From Eutreptiella sp. 'Long Island Sound 2002' (Eukaryota; Protista; Euglenida), in contig OZ038379.1 of NCBI GenBank assembly GCA_964036045.1, forward strand, positions 58,404,001 through 58,468,000: a DNA stretch of 64,000 nucleotides, given 5' to 3'. The notes beneath the pieces are model-generated. The model saw nothing but the letters and a program-made list of their open reading frames with translations. It searched no databases and was not told the DNA's origin. Positions 1-13,000 of the stretch are shown piece after piece (position 1 is the stretch's first letter; each line of letters starts with the position of its first letter). Both the position numbers and the translations under genes were made by a program.

Positions 1-1109
1 GGGGGATGGCAACCGGCAATGGTGCGGGCTCACCGGTTGGGGGACAGGAAGTCCTTCGCATTTCGTGGTCGCAGCCTATGGGGCGTCTGCAGGGGATGGG
101 AGCCCCCAATGGTGCGGGCCCACGGGCCGGGGGGGTGGGGAGTCCCACTCAGTCAGTGGTCGCAGCCAAAGGAGCACTTGTAGGCGATGGCAGCACCAAT
201 GGTGCTTGCTCACCGGCTAGGGGGACGGGGAGTCCCGTTCATTCCGTGCTCGCAATAAAAAGAGTGCCTGCGGGGGCCGGCAGCCCTGAACGGTGCGGGC
301 CCGGGGGCCGGGGGGACGGGGATTCAAGCTTAGTTGGTGGTCGCGGCCAAGAGGGCACCTGCGGGGGATGCAAGCCCCCAATGGTGCGGGATCACCTGCT
401 GGGGGGGCTGCGAGTCGTGCGCATGCGGTGGTCGCAGCCTATCTATGGGGCGCCTGCAAGGGATGGCAGCCTCGAATGGTGTTGGCCCATGGGCCGGGGG
501 GGCGGGTTTTCAAATTGAGTTGGTTGTCGCGGCCAAAGGGGCGCCTGCGGGGGACGGCGGCCCCCAATGGTGCAGGCCGATGGGCCAGGGGGACGTAGGC
601 TATGTGGCGCCTGCAAGGGATGGCAAGCCCGAATGGCGCGGGCCCACCGGCCGGAGGGACGGAGAGTCCCGCTCAGTCATTAGTCGCAGCCAAAGGAGCA
701 CTTGTAGGCGATGGCAGTGACACCGACGTAGACGGTGTATTCGGCCGCCACGATGGCGGGGGGTCGCACTGCTTAGCCTCTAGCAATGCAAGGAGACTAC
801 GCCCAGGCTGACTGGGAGAGGGTGGTGGTGATGGTGACCACACCTTGGCACCATTGTTATTGATACTAGGGACTACTATACAGTTTGGGTATGGTACTGT
901 ACAAGCTTTGTGCACAGCGCGCACAGCGCGGGCACAACGCGATACGCCCCCCATGGCCCTCGGGGACAGGGAGTCTAGCTGAGCCGGTGGTCGCAGCCTA
1001 TGGATGCTAGCCTCCAATGGCGCGGCCCCACGGGCTACGGGGACGGAGAGTCCAGCCTAGTTGGCGGTCGCAGCCTATGGAGCACTTGCGGGGAATCGAG
1101 GCACCCAAA

Positions 1110-1536
1110 AAACGACGCATGCCCGGCCCAAGGGCTAGTCATAGTATTAGAGCCAACTGTAGTTACCGGCACTAGACTTGCTGTCCAATTGGCACTCATT
1201 GCTTCATCTTTTCTGACGGGGGCACTTGATCGTGAAACACTGCACATGCTTAACAGGGCCAAAAGGCTCTCCGGCTACCACCTAGCAGAATGTTGGGCCG
1301 CACTCTTGGTTGAAGGTATGGCACGAGTTTTGGCAACTGGGCGAATAAGCTCGGCAAGGCTTGGCAGCGAGCTCCAGCCCCTCATTACCCACGGTCGCAG
1401 GATTGCAACCTGCCTCTCCGGCTGCAGCGCAGTCCAACTCTCTAGGGCCCACACCCACCCACTCACTCACCCTGCATACCCCTTCCATTCCGATGCCGCC
1501 ATGGTGGCTGTGGATCGGGGGCCTCCACGTCTTTGA
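1110..1536 (+). other. Unique island in the satellite with an open frame of unknown nature
   Basis: About 140 non-repetitive codons without a stop (DACPAQGLVIVLEPT...); no motif recognised. Confidence 0.25.
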
Positions 1537-2475
1537 TGGTGGCACTTGCGGCAGAGGGGAGACATTGGGGCATGGGACGGGGAGGGGGTGGCATGTGGCG
1601 CTGGGGTTCAGGTGTTCTCCGTGGACGGGGCCTGGGGTCGGCGGGGGGGGGGGGGGAGTTAGCCGGTGGGGCTGCCCATGTGGGGGCTTTGTGTCGCCCA
1701 TGTGGGTTTTGTGACCGTGCTGCCATCACCTACAGGCGCCCCATAGGCTGCGAGCACCAATGGCGCAAGACACCCCGTCCCTCTAGGCGGTGAGCCCTCA
1801 CCATTGGGGGCCCCCATCCCCCGCAGGCGGTTCTTGGGCTGCGACCACCGACTGAGCTAGATGCACCGTCCCCCGGCCCGTGGGCCCGCACCATTGGGGG
1901 CTGCCATCCCCTGCAGGTGCCCCATAGGCTGCGACCACGGAATGCGAAGGATTTCCCGCCCCCAACCGGCGAGCCCGCACCATTGCTGGCTGCCATCCCC
2001 CGCAGGCGCTCCTTTGGCTAGGACCACGGACCAAACTGGACTCCCCGTCCCCCGACACATCGGCTTGCATAATTGGGTAGTGCCGTCCCCCGCAGGCGCC
2101 CCTTTGGCGCCGCTGAATTTTGCGTTCCCCCAGCCCATGGGCCAACACCATTCGTGGCCGCCATCCCCTGCAGGCGCACCATAGGCTGCGACCGCAGAAT
2201 GCACAAGAATCCCCTTCCCCCGAGTTGGTGATCCCGCACCATTGCAGGCGGCCATCCCCCGCAAGCGCCCTTTTGGCTGCGACCACCAACTAAGCTTGAA
2301 TCCCCGTCCCCCCGGCCGTGGGCCCGCACCGTTGAGGGCTGCCATGCACCGCAGGCGCTCTTTTAGTTGCGAGCACGGACTGAACAGGACTCCCCATCCC
2401 CCTCGCCGGTGAGCCAGCACCATTGGTGCTGGCAAACCAGTCGGCACGGTCCCCCTCCACTTCAACCGCTAGTAG

Positions 2476-2649
2476 TCCATCTCTAACGGTGCAGCGGACG
2501 TCACATTCGCGGTCGGCACCGGGGTTGGGACATTCACGCTCACGGGGCAGATCGCCTTCACACTCCACATCAAAGCCGAGGCCCTAAAGAGGACGCGCTC
2601 CGAAGACTACGGCACACTCCCGTCAGAACGAGAAGGAGTGCAACACTAG
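2476..2649 (+). pseudogene. Exon-like fragment similar to the piggyBac passenger protein at 50756-51403
   Basis: After TAGTAG, reads SISNGAADVTFAVGTGVGTFTLTGQIAFTLHIKAEALKRTRSEDYGTLPSEREGVQH*. GTFTLTGQIAFTLHIKAEALKRTRS aligns ungapped with GKMSLSGTIYFTEDQKTGGLKRSIS (11/25 identical by eye). Confidence 0.45.
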
Positions 2650-4014
2650 CGTTTGACCGATTTGCCCGTCTTTGGCATTTGAAAGTCATTCGAGACATTT
2701 GGATGGGTTCCGCCCATGACTAAGGGTTGGCGTGAAACATGAGGTTGTGCAACATCGTGGGGGTGCAGTATGGTCCACAGAGGCAAGAACATTGTCAATG
2801 GGAGCAAAAAATCCCCAATTTATCCCTGCAAAGTGCGCGTTGTGCGCGCGCCGTGCCCGCGCTGTGCATGCTGGGCCCGCGCTGTGCACCCGCTGTGCAC
2901 AAACGCCCTCATGGGCCCGCACCGTTGGGGGATGCCATCCCACGCAGGCGCCCCTTCGGTTGCGACGACCAACTGAGCATGACTACCCGTCCCCCCAGTC
3001 GGTGAGCTTGCGCCAGTGGGGCTGGCGTCCCCCGCAAGCGCCCCTTCGGTGGCAACCACCGATTCATTTGGACTCCCCGTCCCCCTAGCCCGTGGGCCCC
3101 AGCCATTGGGGGCTACCATGCCCCGTAGGCGCCCCTTAGGTTGCGACCACAGACTGATCTGGAGTCCCTGTCCCCCTAGCCCATTGGCCCGCACCATTGG
3201 AGGCTACCCCTTAGGCTGCGACCACCGACTGGGCAAAACTCCCCGTCCCTCCAGCCCGTGGGCCCCCGGCTTTGGGGCCGATGTCCGACGCAGGCGCTCC
3301 TTTGGCGGTGACCACCGACTGCATAGGACTCCTCGTCCCCCCAGCCCATGGGCCGGCACCATTGGCGGCTGCCCCTTAGGTTGCAACCACCGACTAGGCA
3401 AGACTCCGCGTCCCCCAAGCCCGTGGGCCCCCGCTTTTGGTGCCGGTGTCTGACGTAGGCGCTCCGTAGGCTGCGACGGGCGACTGGGCAGGACTCCTCG
3501 TCCCCCGAGCCCATGGGCCGGACGGGGAGTTAGTCGGTGATCGTAGCCTAAGGCGCGTCTGCGGGGAATGGCATGCCCTTTTGGCGCAAGCCCACGGGCT
3601 AGGGGGACGGTGAGTCATGCCCAGTCTCTGGCCGTAGCCTAAGGAGCGACGGCGGGGATGGCAGCCCCCAATGGCCCGTGCCCACGGGCTGGAAGGACAA
3701 AGAGGACTACCCAGTCTGTCATCGCAGCCTACGGAGCGCCTACGTTGGACGGAAGCCCCAAAGGCGGGGGCCCACATGCTGGGCGGACGGGGAGTCCTGC
3801 CCAGTCGGTGGTCGCAGCCTAAGGGGCAGCCTCCAATGGCGCGGGGCCATGGGCTAGGAGGACGAGGAGTCAAGGTCAGTCCGTGGTCGCAGCCTAAGGG
3901 GCGCCTATGGCGGATGGTAGCCTCCAACAGTGCGGGCCCACGGGCCGGGGTGATGGGAAGTCTTGCCCATTTGGTAGTCGCAGCATAAGGAGCGACTGCA
4001 GGGGGATGGCACCC

Positions 4015-4170
4015 CCCCGCAGGCGGGGGCCTGGTCTTCGCGTCGATCTTATACTCGGGGAACAGCTGTTGAAGGGGCCCCAGCAGATCTGTGACCCACG
4101 CGCTTTCCTTCGCAACCGTCACAAACCGCTGGCCCGCCGCCTCTGGCCGCACCAGAGCCTCGCAGTGCAC
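4015..4170 (-). pseudogene. Isolated exon of an extended SDR / NAD-dependent epimerase (dihydroflavonol/cinnamoyl-CoA reductase-like), C-terminal part
   Basis: Pyrimidine tract plus AG precedes VHCEALVRPEAAGQRFVTVAKESAWVTDLLGPLQQLFPEYKIDAK. This fits the family pattern H..A...PEA.G.RF...L...FP.Y.I. It runs directly into satellite with no donor site. Confidence 0.62.
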
Positions 4171-6559
4171 CTTGGGTCAAGAGAGTGAAGTGCCGGAAAG
4201 GGCCCATGGGCTGGGGGGATGCGGAGTCGTGGCAAGGCAGTGGTCGGAGTCTAAGGGAGTGCCTGCGAGAGACGGCAGCCCCCCATGGTGCAGGCCCACG
4301 GGCCGGGAGCACGGGGAGTTGTTCGCAGTCGGCAGTCACAGCCTACAGAGCTCCCGCGGGGGATGGTAGCCCCCAATAGTTTGGGCTCAGGGGCTAGGGG
4401 GATTAGGGGTCGTATGCAGTCGGTGATCGCAGCCAAAGGAGCGCCTGCCAGGAATGGCAGCCCCCAACGGCGCGGACCCACGGGTTGGTTGGACGGGCAG
4501 TCCTGCCAAGTCGGTGGTCACAGCATACGGAGCGCCTGCGGAGGAGGGCAGCCCCCAACGGCCCGGGCCCGCGAGATTGCGTGTTGCCATACCCCTTAGG
4601 CGCTCCTTGGGTTGAGACGACCAACTGACTTCGAATCCCCGTCCCCTCCATACATCGGCTTGCGCATGTAGGGGCTGCCACCCCTCGCACGCGCTCGTTT
4701 GGCTCCGACCACCAACGACGTAGGAATCTCCATCCCTCCTTCCCGTGAGCCCACACCATTGGATGATGGCACCCTCTGCAGGCGCCCCTTTGGCGCCAAC
4801 CACCAACTCAGCTTGAAAACCCGTCCCCCCGGCCCGTGGGCCCGCGCCATTCAAGGCTCCCATCCCTTGCAGACGCCCCATAGGTTGTGACCCCAGAATG
4901 CTCATGACTAATAGTCCCCCGAACCCGTGATCCCGCACCATTGCGGGCTGCCATCCCCTACAGGCGCCCTTTTGGCTGCGACCACCAACTAAGCTTGAAT
5001 TTCCGTCCCCCCGGTCGTGGGCCCGCACCGTTGAGGGCTGCCATGCACCGCAAGCGCTCTTTTTGTTGCGAGCACGGACTGAACAGGACTCCCCGTCCCC
5101 CTAGGCGGTGAGCCAGCACCATTGGTGCTGCCAACAGCCACAAGTGCTCCTTTGGCTGCGACCACTGACTGAGTGGGACTCCCCGCCCCCCCCGGCCCGT
5201 GGGCCGGCGCCATTCGGGCTTGCCATCCCTTGCAGGCACCCCATAGGCCACGACAACGGAATGCGCAGTACTCCGCGTCCTGCCAGCTCCCACTGGCGTC
5301 TCCTGGTTTGCGACCACCAACTGAGCTAGAATCCCGGCCCCCCCCCCCCGTCCCATGAGCCCACACCATTGGGGGCTGCCATCCCCCGCAGGCACTCTTT
5401 TGGTTGCGACCAGTGATTGAGCAGGACTCCCCGGGCCCTCGGCCCCTGGGCCCCCGACATTGGCAGCGGCCGTGTCCCCCCCAAGCGCTGCGCAGTCGGC
5501 TATCAGGGACAAGGTAGGGCACCCCGTCCCCAGCCCATTAACTCAGGTCATTGGGGTGCCCTATAGGCTGCGACCACCGATGGTGCAGGACTCCCCGTCC
5601 CTCTAGGCGGTGAGCCCTCACCATTGGGGGCCCCCATCCCCCGCAGGCGGTTCTTGGGCTGCGACCACCGATTGAGCTAGATGCACCATCCCCCCGGCCC
5701 GTGGGCCTGCACCATTGCAGGCTGCCATCCCCTGCAGGTGCCCCATAGGCTGCGACCACGGAATGCGAAGGATTTCCCGCCCCCCAACCGGCGAGCCCGC
5801 ACCATTGCTGGCTGCCATCCCCCGCAGGCGCTCCTTTGGCTAGGACCACGGACCAAACCGGACTCCCCGTCCCCCGACACATTGGCTTGCATAATAGGGT
5901 AGTGCCGTCCCCCGCAGGCGCCCCTTTGGCGCCGCTAGGTTTTGCGTTCCCCTAGCCCATGGGCCAACACCATTCGTGGCCGCCATCCCCTGTAGGCGCA
6001 CCATAGGCTGCGACCGCGGAATGCACAAGACTCCCCTTCCCCCGAGTTGGTGATCCCGCACCATTGCAGGTTGCCATCCCCTACAGGCGCCCTTTTGGCT
6101 GCGACCACCAACTAAGCTTGAATCCCCGCCCCCCCGGCCGTGGGCCCGCACCGTTGAGGGCTGCCATGCACCGCAGGCGCTCTTTTGGTTGCCGGCACGG
6201 AATGAACAGGACTCCCCATCCTCCTAGCCAGTGAGCAAGCACCATTGGTGCTGCCATCGCCTACAAGTGCTCCTTTGGCTGCGACCACTGACTAAGCGGG
6301 ATTCCCCGCCCCCCCGGCCGGTGGGCCCGCGCCATTCGGTGTCCTTGGAGATGCCGATTTGGTCGGCGTCCCTAGGGGGTCGTGTGACCATTCCCAAGGC
6401 CTAGGCAGCCGGTACTAGGGGGCCGCGGGGTCCTGGGGGTTGGTGTTTAGCGCTAGAGCGCGCATACATCCGACACTGTTAGTACACCGCCGCTAGGGCA
6501 GTGCCCGGGCCTTGTCATAAGGAGCTTCGCACCCGGCACCCAGCCCATGGGTAGAGTTG

Positions 6560-6715
6560 GGGAGTACTCAGGGTGTGGGGAGGTGTGGTGTGGTGTGGTG
6601 GGTGGTGTGGTGTGTTGGGGTGTGGGGTGGGGTGGGATGGGATCACGTGGGGTGGGGGGTGGTATGCTGTCGCGCACTTTGCTATGTTGTGGTGTGGGGG
6701 TGCGGTGTGCTTTGC
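6560..6715. repeat. GT/G-rich low-complexity repeat ((GTGTG)n/(GTGGG)n-like)
   Basis: Seen directly in the sequence. Confidence 0.8.
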
Positions 6716-7325
6716 TGCACGAACTTGGAACTCAAGAGATCCGAGGAGGAGTGTGACCGTGCCCCTTTGCCTTCCCACTTGTGTACACGGTGGTCCCTCA
6801 TGACCTGGCATAGGGTGCAATCGCTGTCCTCGCCAAGGGGGCAGTGCCACGTGAGGGCTAGGTCTAGCCCTCGTGCCTTGCCCGACGGCACTCGGAGCAA
6901 GTGCGGGGGCTGCAAATAGTCCCTCAGCTCCAGGACGAAGCTCCGGGGTGGAGCTCAGGGTATCAGGTGCAAGTCTAGTTGAATGGCACAGACAAAAGGG
7001 TTCGTGTCCATCAACAGCAGGGGGTGTCGGGAGAGAGGCAGTAGTTGGGCACGATTACGGGGACGTGGGGCTTAAGGCACGGGTGTGTGTGTTTGTTGGG
7101 CTGGGTGAGGGTGTAGAACTCCTTCACAAGATTCTTGGTGGTGGGCTTGTTGGTGGAGAATAGTGGTTCTCCCCCAAGGGTCTTGCCCACGTGGTGGCGG
7201 AGGGTGGAATTGGGGTCTAGGCGAGCTGCGGCCTGAGCTACCTCCTCTAACGCCTCCGTGTCCTGCGCCGTCAAGTCGACTTTAATGGTCGAGACGGAGA
7301 GCGCCCTGTCCATCACGTCCTGCAA
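6690..7325 (-). pseudogene. Degraded coding-like segment of unknown product
   Basis: Protein-like frames (QDVMDRALSVSTIKVDLTAQDTEALEEV...; LLLMDTNPFVCAIQLDLHLIP*APPRSFVLELRDYLQPP...) interrupted by a frameshift and a stop; no family recognised. Confidence 0.3.
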
Positions 7326-9968
7326 GAATCCACTCAAGCCCCCCCCCCCCCCCCGGAGCGCGCCTCATCAATAGGGGAAATGTAATGTGGGACTTGCATG
7401 CCGATCTTCTTTGGAGTTCCATGCGGGGGGATCCTTTGAGCATATCGATAGACACTATGCATCTCATAATTGAACTAACAAATTGATCTCAGTCCACTGC
7501 CATGTTGAATTGCACTGCCACGCATCGAGTCATCCTAGATGCGGCAGCGGTGCCCTTGGAGGCGCTCACGGGTGTTCCTTAGCAAGGGGAGCAGCCTGTT
7601 TAAATTCTAGACCCCAACCGGGTGCGAAAACTTTTGGGGGTCTGGAGGGGGGGGGGGGGGGGAGGGGGGTCGGCCGGTCAGCCGCCAGGGTCCACAAAGG
7701 GGGGGGGGGTCAGTGGGTACCCCAACATACATACCTCAAAATGATGCCCATGACGCGCTGATTATTTTGAACGTACACAAATGGGGTAAAAAATATTTTC
7801 AGAAAAAAATTTGCCCATTGGCTTAGGCTCCCATCAGCCAAGGTCACACCCGGAGATCAAGTCAGGGGTCAAAAAGGTTTCTGTGTTTTTCAAACATTCT
7901 TAAATTCTCCATAAAATTCTGAGCATTTTGAGTATAGACACACAGGATGAAAAAAAATTACCCTCTCAGGAAGGGCAAAAAAACTTTCAGCGCCTTCAGC
8001 GCTGACCCTTTCCCCCAAAATCTCAAATTGGAGAAACACGGGTTCGAAAATTTTGGGGAGGTCTGGAGGGGGGGGCGTCTGGAAATTGAACAGGCCACCC
8101 CCTGTTCCTTAGGGAGGCCAGAGTCTCTCTAGGGTTCAGCAGCAGCCTGCTGGCCAGGGGCACCTCATTGATGTGCCTCTGAGGGTCCCAGCTGCACCTC
8201 ACGCCGCTGCCCCGGGGTACATCGGGGGTTTCGTGTGGCCTAGGTGTGCGGGCGGCCCTGCACCCTAAGATCCCCAACGCCTTTCTCTTCTAGGCCTCCT
8301 CTGGGGCCATGAGGGACCGTTTCAGGGCCTCCACCCCCTCCTAGCCCCCCCCACCAATGGCCTGCGCATGGCGGAGGAACCTGCGTACAGTGGGCTGCAG
8401 GGCTGCCTTGGGGTGGGTCCTTTCTAAAGGGTGTTGCCAGAGGCGGTACAACCTGTAGTTGTGAGCATGGACCATGCCACGGTCCTGCGCCCTGTCGTAC
8501 ATGGCTTGCTAGAGGCACCACAGCCAGTTGATTGGCTGGTCCTCCGGGGGGTTGGGCCTACGGGCGTGCAGCGTGTGCCGGTAGTCCGCCTCATCCGCCG
8601 GGGTAAGGGTTACCAGGCACAAGTGGAGCTCCGGGGTGTGAGCCACCGCATCTGGGTGGGGCTTTTTGTCCCGGGCCACCAGGTGGGTGACAACCACCAA
8701 GAGGGGGAGATGGTGGTCGGAGAATAGGGCAGGGGAGGTTGGCATGGCAAGCCACCGCGCAAATTGTGCACACAACTGCGGCCACTGCTGCCACCACTGC
8801 TCTGTTTGGGTATGCAGCTCTGGTTGCCACACGGTGTGCCCACTACAATCTACAAACGCGCAACCCCCCCTCCCCGTTGGTTCCGGTATTCGACCAGTGG
8901 GATGTGGATGTCCGGGACTGGGTCGCATTGATGTTCATTGAGCACGAATGTTCAGGTCTAAATTGCTGTTGTGCAAAGCTCGACTCTGGAGGCAGTGGGT
9001 GGGTTACGCGACATGTGTTGGAGTGACAAAACTTTGGGAACAAAAATCCTGCCGGCCTATGTGCAACCCGAATCAATGGCTCTCCCATGGGGGGCCTAAT
9101 TCTTGTTTATTTGTCTGGCATATTTGAAGTCCCCGCGGAACTCCAAGTACACCAAGGGCGGGCGGTGCAGGAAACTCAACACGACATGTCATGGAATGGC
9201 GCTTTGCACAAGACAGTGTGCCCCGTGCACAAGACATGGGGCATGAAAGCCTGGCGCAAACCCCGTCCGGCTTGTCAAACTCGGGCGGCAAGATAGACAA
9301 TTCCTTGATGCTGGCAAACCCCTCTGCAGGCCTGTCGTCCCCATGTTTGGCAACACTGTTTCGTTTGTCCCGGGAGCTGCGGGGCTGGGCGGCTTGAGCG
9401 TAACCCACGTCGTCATAGCGGATGTCCAGAAGGTTCAGCCCCCTCATGTTGGGGCTGGACATGGGGACCTTCGGGCATGAGCTGCTGGAGGTGAGTGTGG
9501 CGCTGCTGCGACGCCGCTTCATGCTGCTGCAGGAGGACTGCAGCATGTCCGACCACATGGCCCTAAGCCCAAGAGAAGTGGGGTCAAGATTGCTGGGTTG
9601 GCTGCAAGTGCATGATGGGGGAACGTTCTTGGGATGAGGGCAGGGCGCACAGTTAGGGGCTGGGGCTGTTTGGATGGATGGATACGGGGACTCGCAGAGA
9701 CGGCAGTGGTGGAGGGATCGCTGGCCCTGAGTTAGGCAGCCTGGGAGGTGGATCAGCCCTGCGGGTGTTTTGGACAGCTGAAGCAAGAGGAATGTTTGCA
9801 GCAATCATAGTTATCGCGGATACAAATTGAGGTGTATTGTGACCCTCCTCCATGTGAACAGTTGCCGCGGTGCAAAAAAAAACCAGAAAAGACAGCAGCG
9901 ATTTTGGGGTGCATGTGGTCAAATGAGCAAACCTGTGAATCAGTTAGAATTGGAGCCTGACGAGGACC

Positions 9969-10078
9969 CTAATGAGGATCAGGGTAATGATGATGGCCTG
10001 GGCGGTGGAACTGATCGGAGTGATGCATCAGTGATGCAGTCATGGTCCTCTTGAAGGAGTCCCTCTTCATCCCAATTG
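9969..10078 (-). CDS. Membrane protein gene, terminal exon
   Basis: ttgtAG|CA ATT GGG ATG..., phase 1 matches the upstream donor; AIGMKRDSFKRT...YPDPH*. Confidence 0.6.
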
Positions 10079-13000
10079 CTACAATGTGAGTCAAACTTCT
10101 TCCTACGTACTCGGCCGTCCAAAACAAAAACAGCCCTATAACACCCCGTTGCGGCGGCTTTGGAAGGGGGAGACGGGGATTTGGGACAACGCGAAGGGAG
10201 GTGGGGGGTCTCGGTCTCCTTAAAAAATTTGTCGTTCTAACGCGTGCCTGGGCGGGGGGTATGGCTGGGCGCGGGTGGCGGGCATTGTCAGAAGATGGGA
10301 TCACACCAGCTTTCATCACCCTCGTCTTCATCATGGAATTCGTTGGTCTGCAGGATGAAGGTCTGGCCTCTGATGGTGACATTCTGATGATCATGATGAA
10401 ACTGATCACGGCTCCACTTGTTAGTAAACTCCAGCCAGGCCTCAGTGGCAGACGTGATCTGAAACAAGCACATGCAAATAAGCACTCAGAGGGGGTCGCC
10501 GAGACGCATGTAGCGTTACGTGGTCGTGCCAACGCAGTTGACTGATTGCAGGGGTCACAACACTGCACAGCATGGCGGGTGTTGGCCAGGGCTAGGGGGG
10601 AGGCCTAGGGTAGGAACGACGTCAGGGATCACTCAGTGGCCGGAGAAGAGAAGCTCTAGGCTAGGAACACGTGGCCTCAAGGCTGCGCCATCTTTGGCAC
10701 AGAAGGCCTTGGGGTGGGGGTTGCCACAAAGGCTACGTAACTGGGCCATTGGGTACTTCTGGGGGTACGTGCTGGTTTGACAATACATTCATATGTCGTT
10801 TGTTCCAATCCATTGGAGGAAAGTGTTTTCAACAAATGAGACTGGGGCTGTTGTCCCTCTGCTCACAAAAGCTGCTGCCTCTCGGCACCCCTCCCACGCC
10901 GGCGCCGGCAATGCTTTACATTCAGTCATTGCCATGACAGTGTGGAGGACGCTCACCACCATCGATGTGGGGAATGTGACACAGGGCCTGGGGGATCATC
11001 AAGCATTAACCAGCATTCCCAGGCATTTTGCCATTGGCGGTTGTTCCTTTTTCGTGTGCGCACTCACACCCGAGGAGGGGGATGGGGACTGGGCAGGGGC
11101 GGGGGGGGTCCTCGCGTTGACTGAGACAAGAACACCGTGACCTCCATGCGCACGTCCTTTGTTGTCTCCATTGGGTCTGTCCTGTTGCACTTGCTTGTGC
11201 ACATGCGTGTGCCTGCGCCTGAACTTGAGCAACCACTGGCCGTTGCCACCCAGTCTCACAGGAACACACAACGAAATACAGACGGACCTGCAGCCCGATG
11301 AGGGTACCCGCAGCGATCATGTTGACCTCTTGGATGAGCGTCAGCATCGTGGACATGTCCGTTTCATCGTCAGGGTCCTTTGGGAGGGTGCACATGACGG
11401 TATGGGCTTCACAAGGAAACGAGGGGAGGCATACGTGACGAGGCCGTACTGCACGCACACTCAGCATACACACAGACTGCTGAACATCCGGTACAACAGC
11501 AGACATTGGAGGTTAACCCACTGATTTCATCCAGCGAATTGGTCAGTCCCTCTTCTCTTCTTTTGTAACCACATACTAACACACAAGGGACATGGCAGAG
11601 CAGAATCCTACACACACACACACATACACACACATGCAAGAGAGAGGAGGGAGGGGTGTCCATCATTCAACAACAAAAAGGGCAATCCCTAGGCCAAGTT
11701 GTTGTATTGAGTGCGCACTGCAGGCATACTGCGCACGTAGATGCCGGGATACTCAGCCAAGATTACCTGTCACCTGTCTGATGGCACGGCGAAGCAGCAA
11801 AGCCCACACGACAACAACGAAACTGCCTTCAAATTGGTGCTCCAATGTCCCTATGAACAAACCACTCAACCTTGTAAGGTACAACTGTGCAAGGGTACGC
11901 AAGATGCACACATGTTCAAGTGGCAAGTGCCACACTTGGATATATCACTAGGACGGTGGCCACACAATTGGCAACAAACATCATCATCAGTTTCCTCCTC
12001 CTCAATGGTTGCCTCCTCCTCTGCCCACACAGACTCAGGCACATGAGGCCAAGGTTCATAAGCTTGATACCTAATTTGCCTGCGAATGCAAAACTGAGTA
12101 AGGTGGAGCAAAATGCTAACATGGCCATGCAGCTCCTTTGTAGAGTGTGTCCAAACATTGCGGACAATCCTCCATTGCCAGAACCGTGCAAAGACGTGCT
12201 CCGGCCTTGCACGATAGAAGCCATGGGCATCGTTTTCCTCTTGTTGGTCTTCACTCAAAGTTTTCCGACCAATATAAGGTACAACGGTGTGCAAGTGGCC
12301 CTTATAGGCGCCGTCATGCGCACCTATTTCAAAATCGAAAATTGTCCATGTGTTCGCAAAGGCCCGGATTGATCCCAAATCATAACATCCGCGGAGGTTC
12401 CCAGCATAAGGTCGCATATCCATACTATATTCCCAAGATTGTCCACAGCCATGTTTATCTTATAAGCATGGCGTGCGTACTTGGGATTGAAAAGGACATC
12501 CAACAATTCACCACCCACTGAGCATATGGGCATGCTGTTGGTAAAATGTGTTTACGAAATATGGGAAGTGGGGGTTATGGTTGTACGGAGAAAGTCTCTC
12601 GTCCCACCAAATCACGTCCACCACGGAATTCAACAAGGTTCGCACACGGGAAACATCTCGCAAAGATACGTCATCCAAACAATCGGAATGAGATTGATAA
12701 GCACAATTGTCCCAATTGGGACTTTGTCGGAGAAAGTAGAAGTATTGGAACAAACCTTCGCGGGCGGAATGGCTACATCACCGCTGCCTTCTCGGGGTCC
12801 CCATAGTGGGGAGAGTTCAATATGGCTACATCACCCCTGCCTTCTTGAGGTCCCCATAGTGGGGAGAAATCAATATGGCTACATCACCCGTGCCTTCTCG
12901 GGGTCCCCATGGTGGGGAGAGCCCAATATGGGGGTGAAAAAGGGGTAAAAATGGTTGAAAATGCGCAAAAATGGGTGACAATTCAAATGCGCCACATCTT

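Larger units (their letters stand above)
1..6340. repeat. ~91-bp GC-rich satellite in several blocks of alternating orientation, with diverged, ordered monomers and unique islands
   Basis: Motif TGGTCGCAGCC...GGGGGATGGCAGCCCCCAATGGTGCGGGCCC recurs at 66, 157, ~247, 338, 429 (period 90-91). Forward at ~1-720, 960-1100 and 3515-4580; reverse at ~1710-2430, 2900-3510 and 4600-6340. 1770-2430 is a close copy of 5590-6250. Confidence 0.92.

Noticed and set aside
5148-5160. TCCTTTGGCT in the 91-bp satellite as a piggyBac TIR
   Set aside because: Only 10 bp match, no ATAT flank and no partner end; it is part of a regular monomer.
6-6151. Many Gly/Pro/Ala-rich ORFs in the 91-bp satellite
   Set aside because: Translations of the repeat with no protein-like features outside the islands.
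8509-9804. ORFs 8509-8928 and 9073-9804 as genes
   Set aside because: Some stretches look coding but I could not assign a family or consistent splice structure; left unannotated.
10922-10987. Alternative terminal exon ALCHIPH...GND* for the membrane gene
   Set aside because: Exons 10320-10458 and 9969-10078 give a better phase-matched, longer ending; this one cannot be excluded as an alternative.
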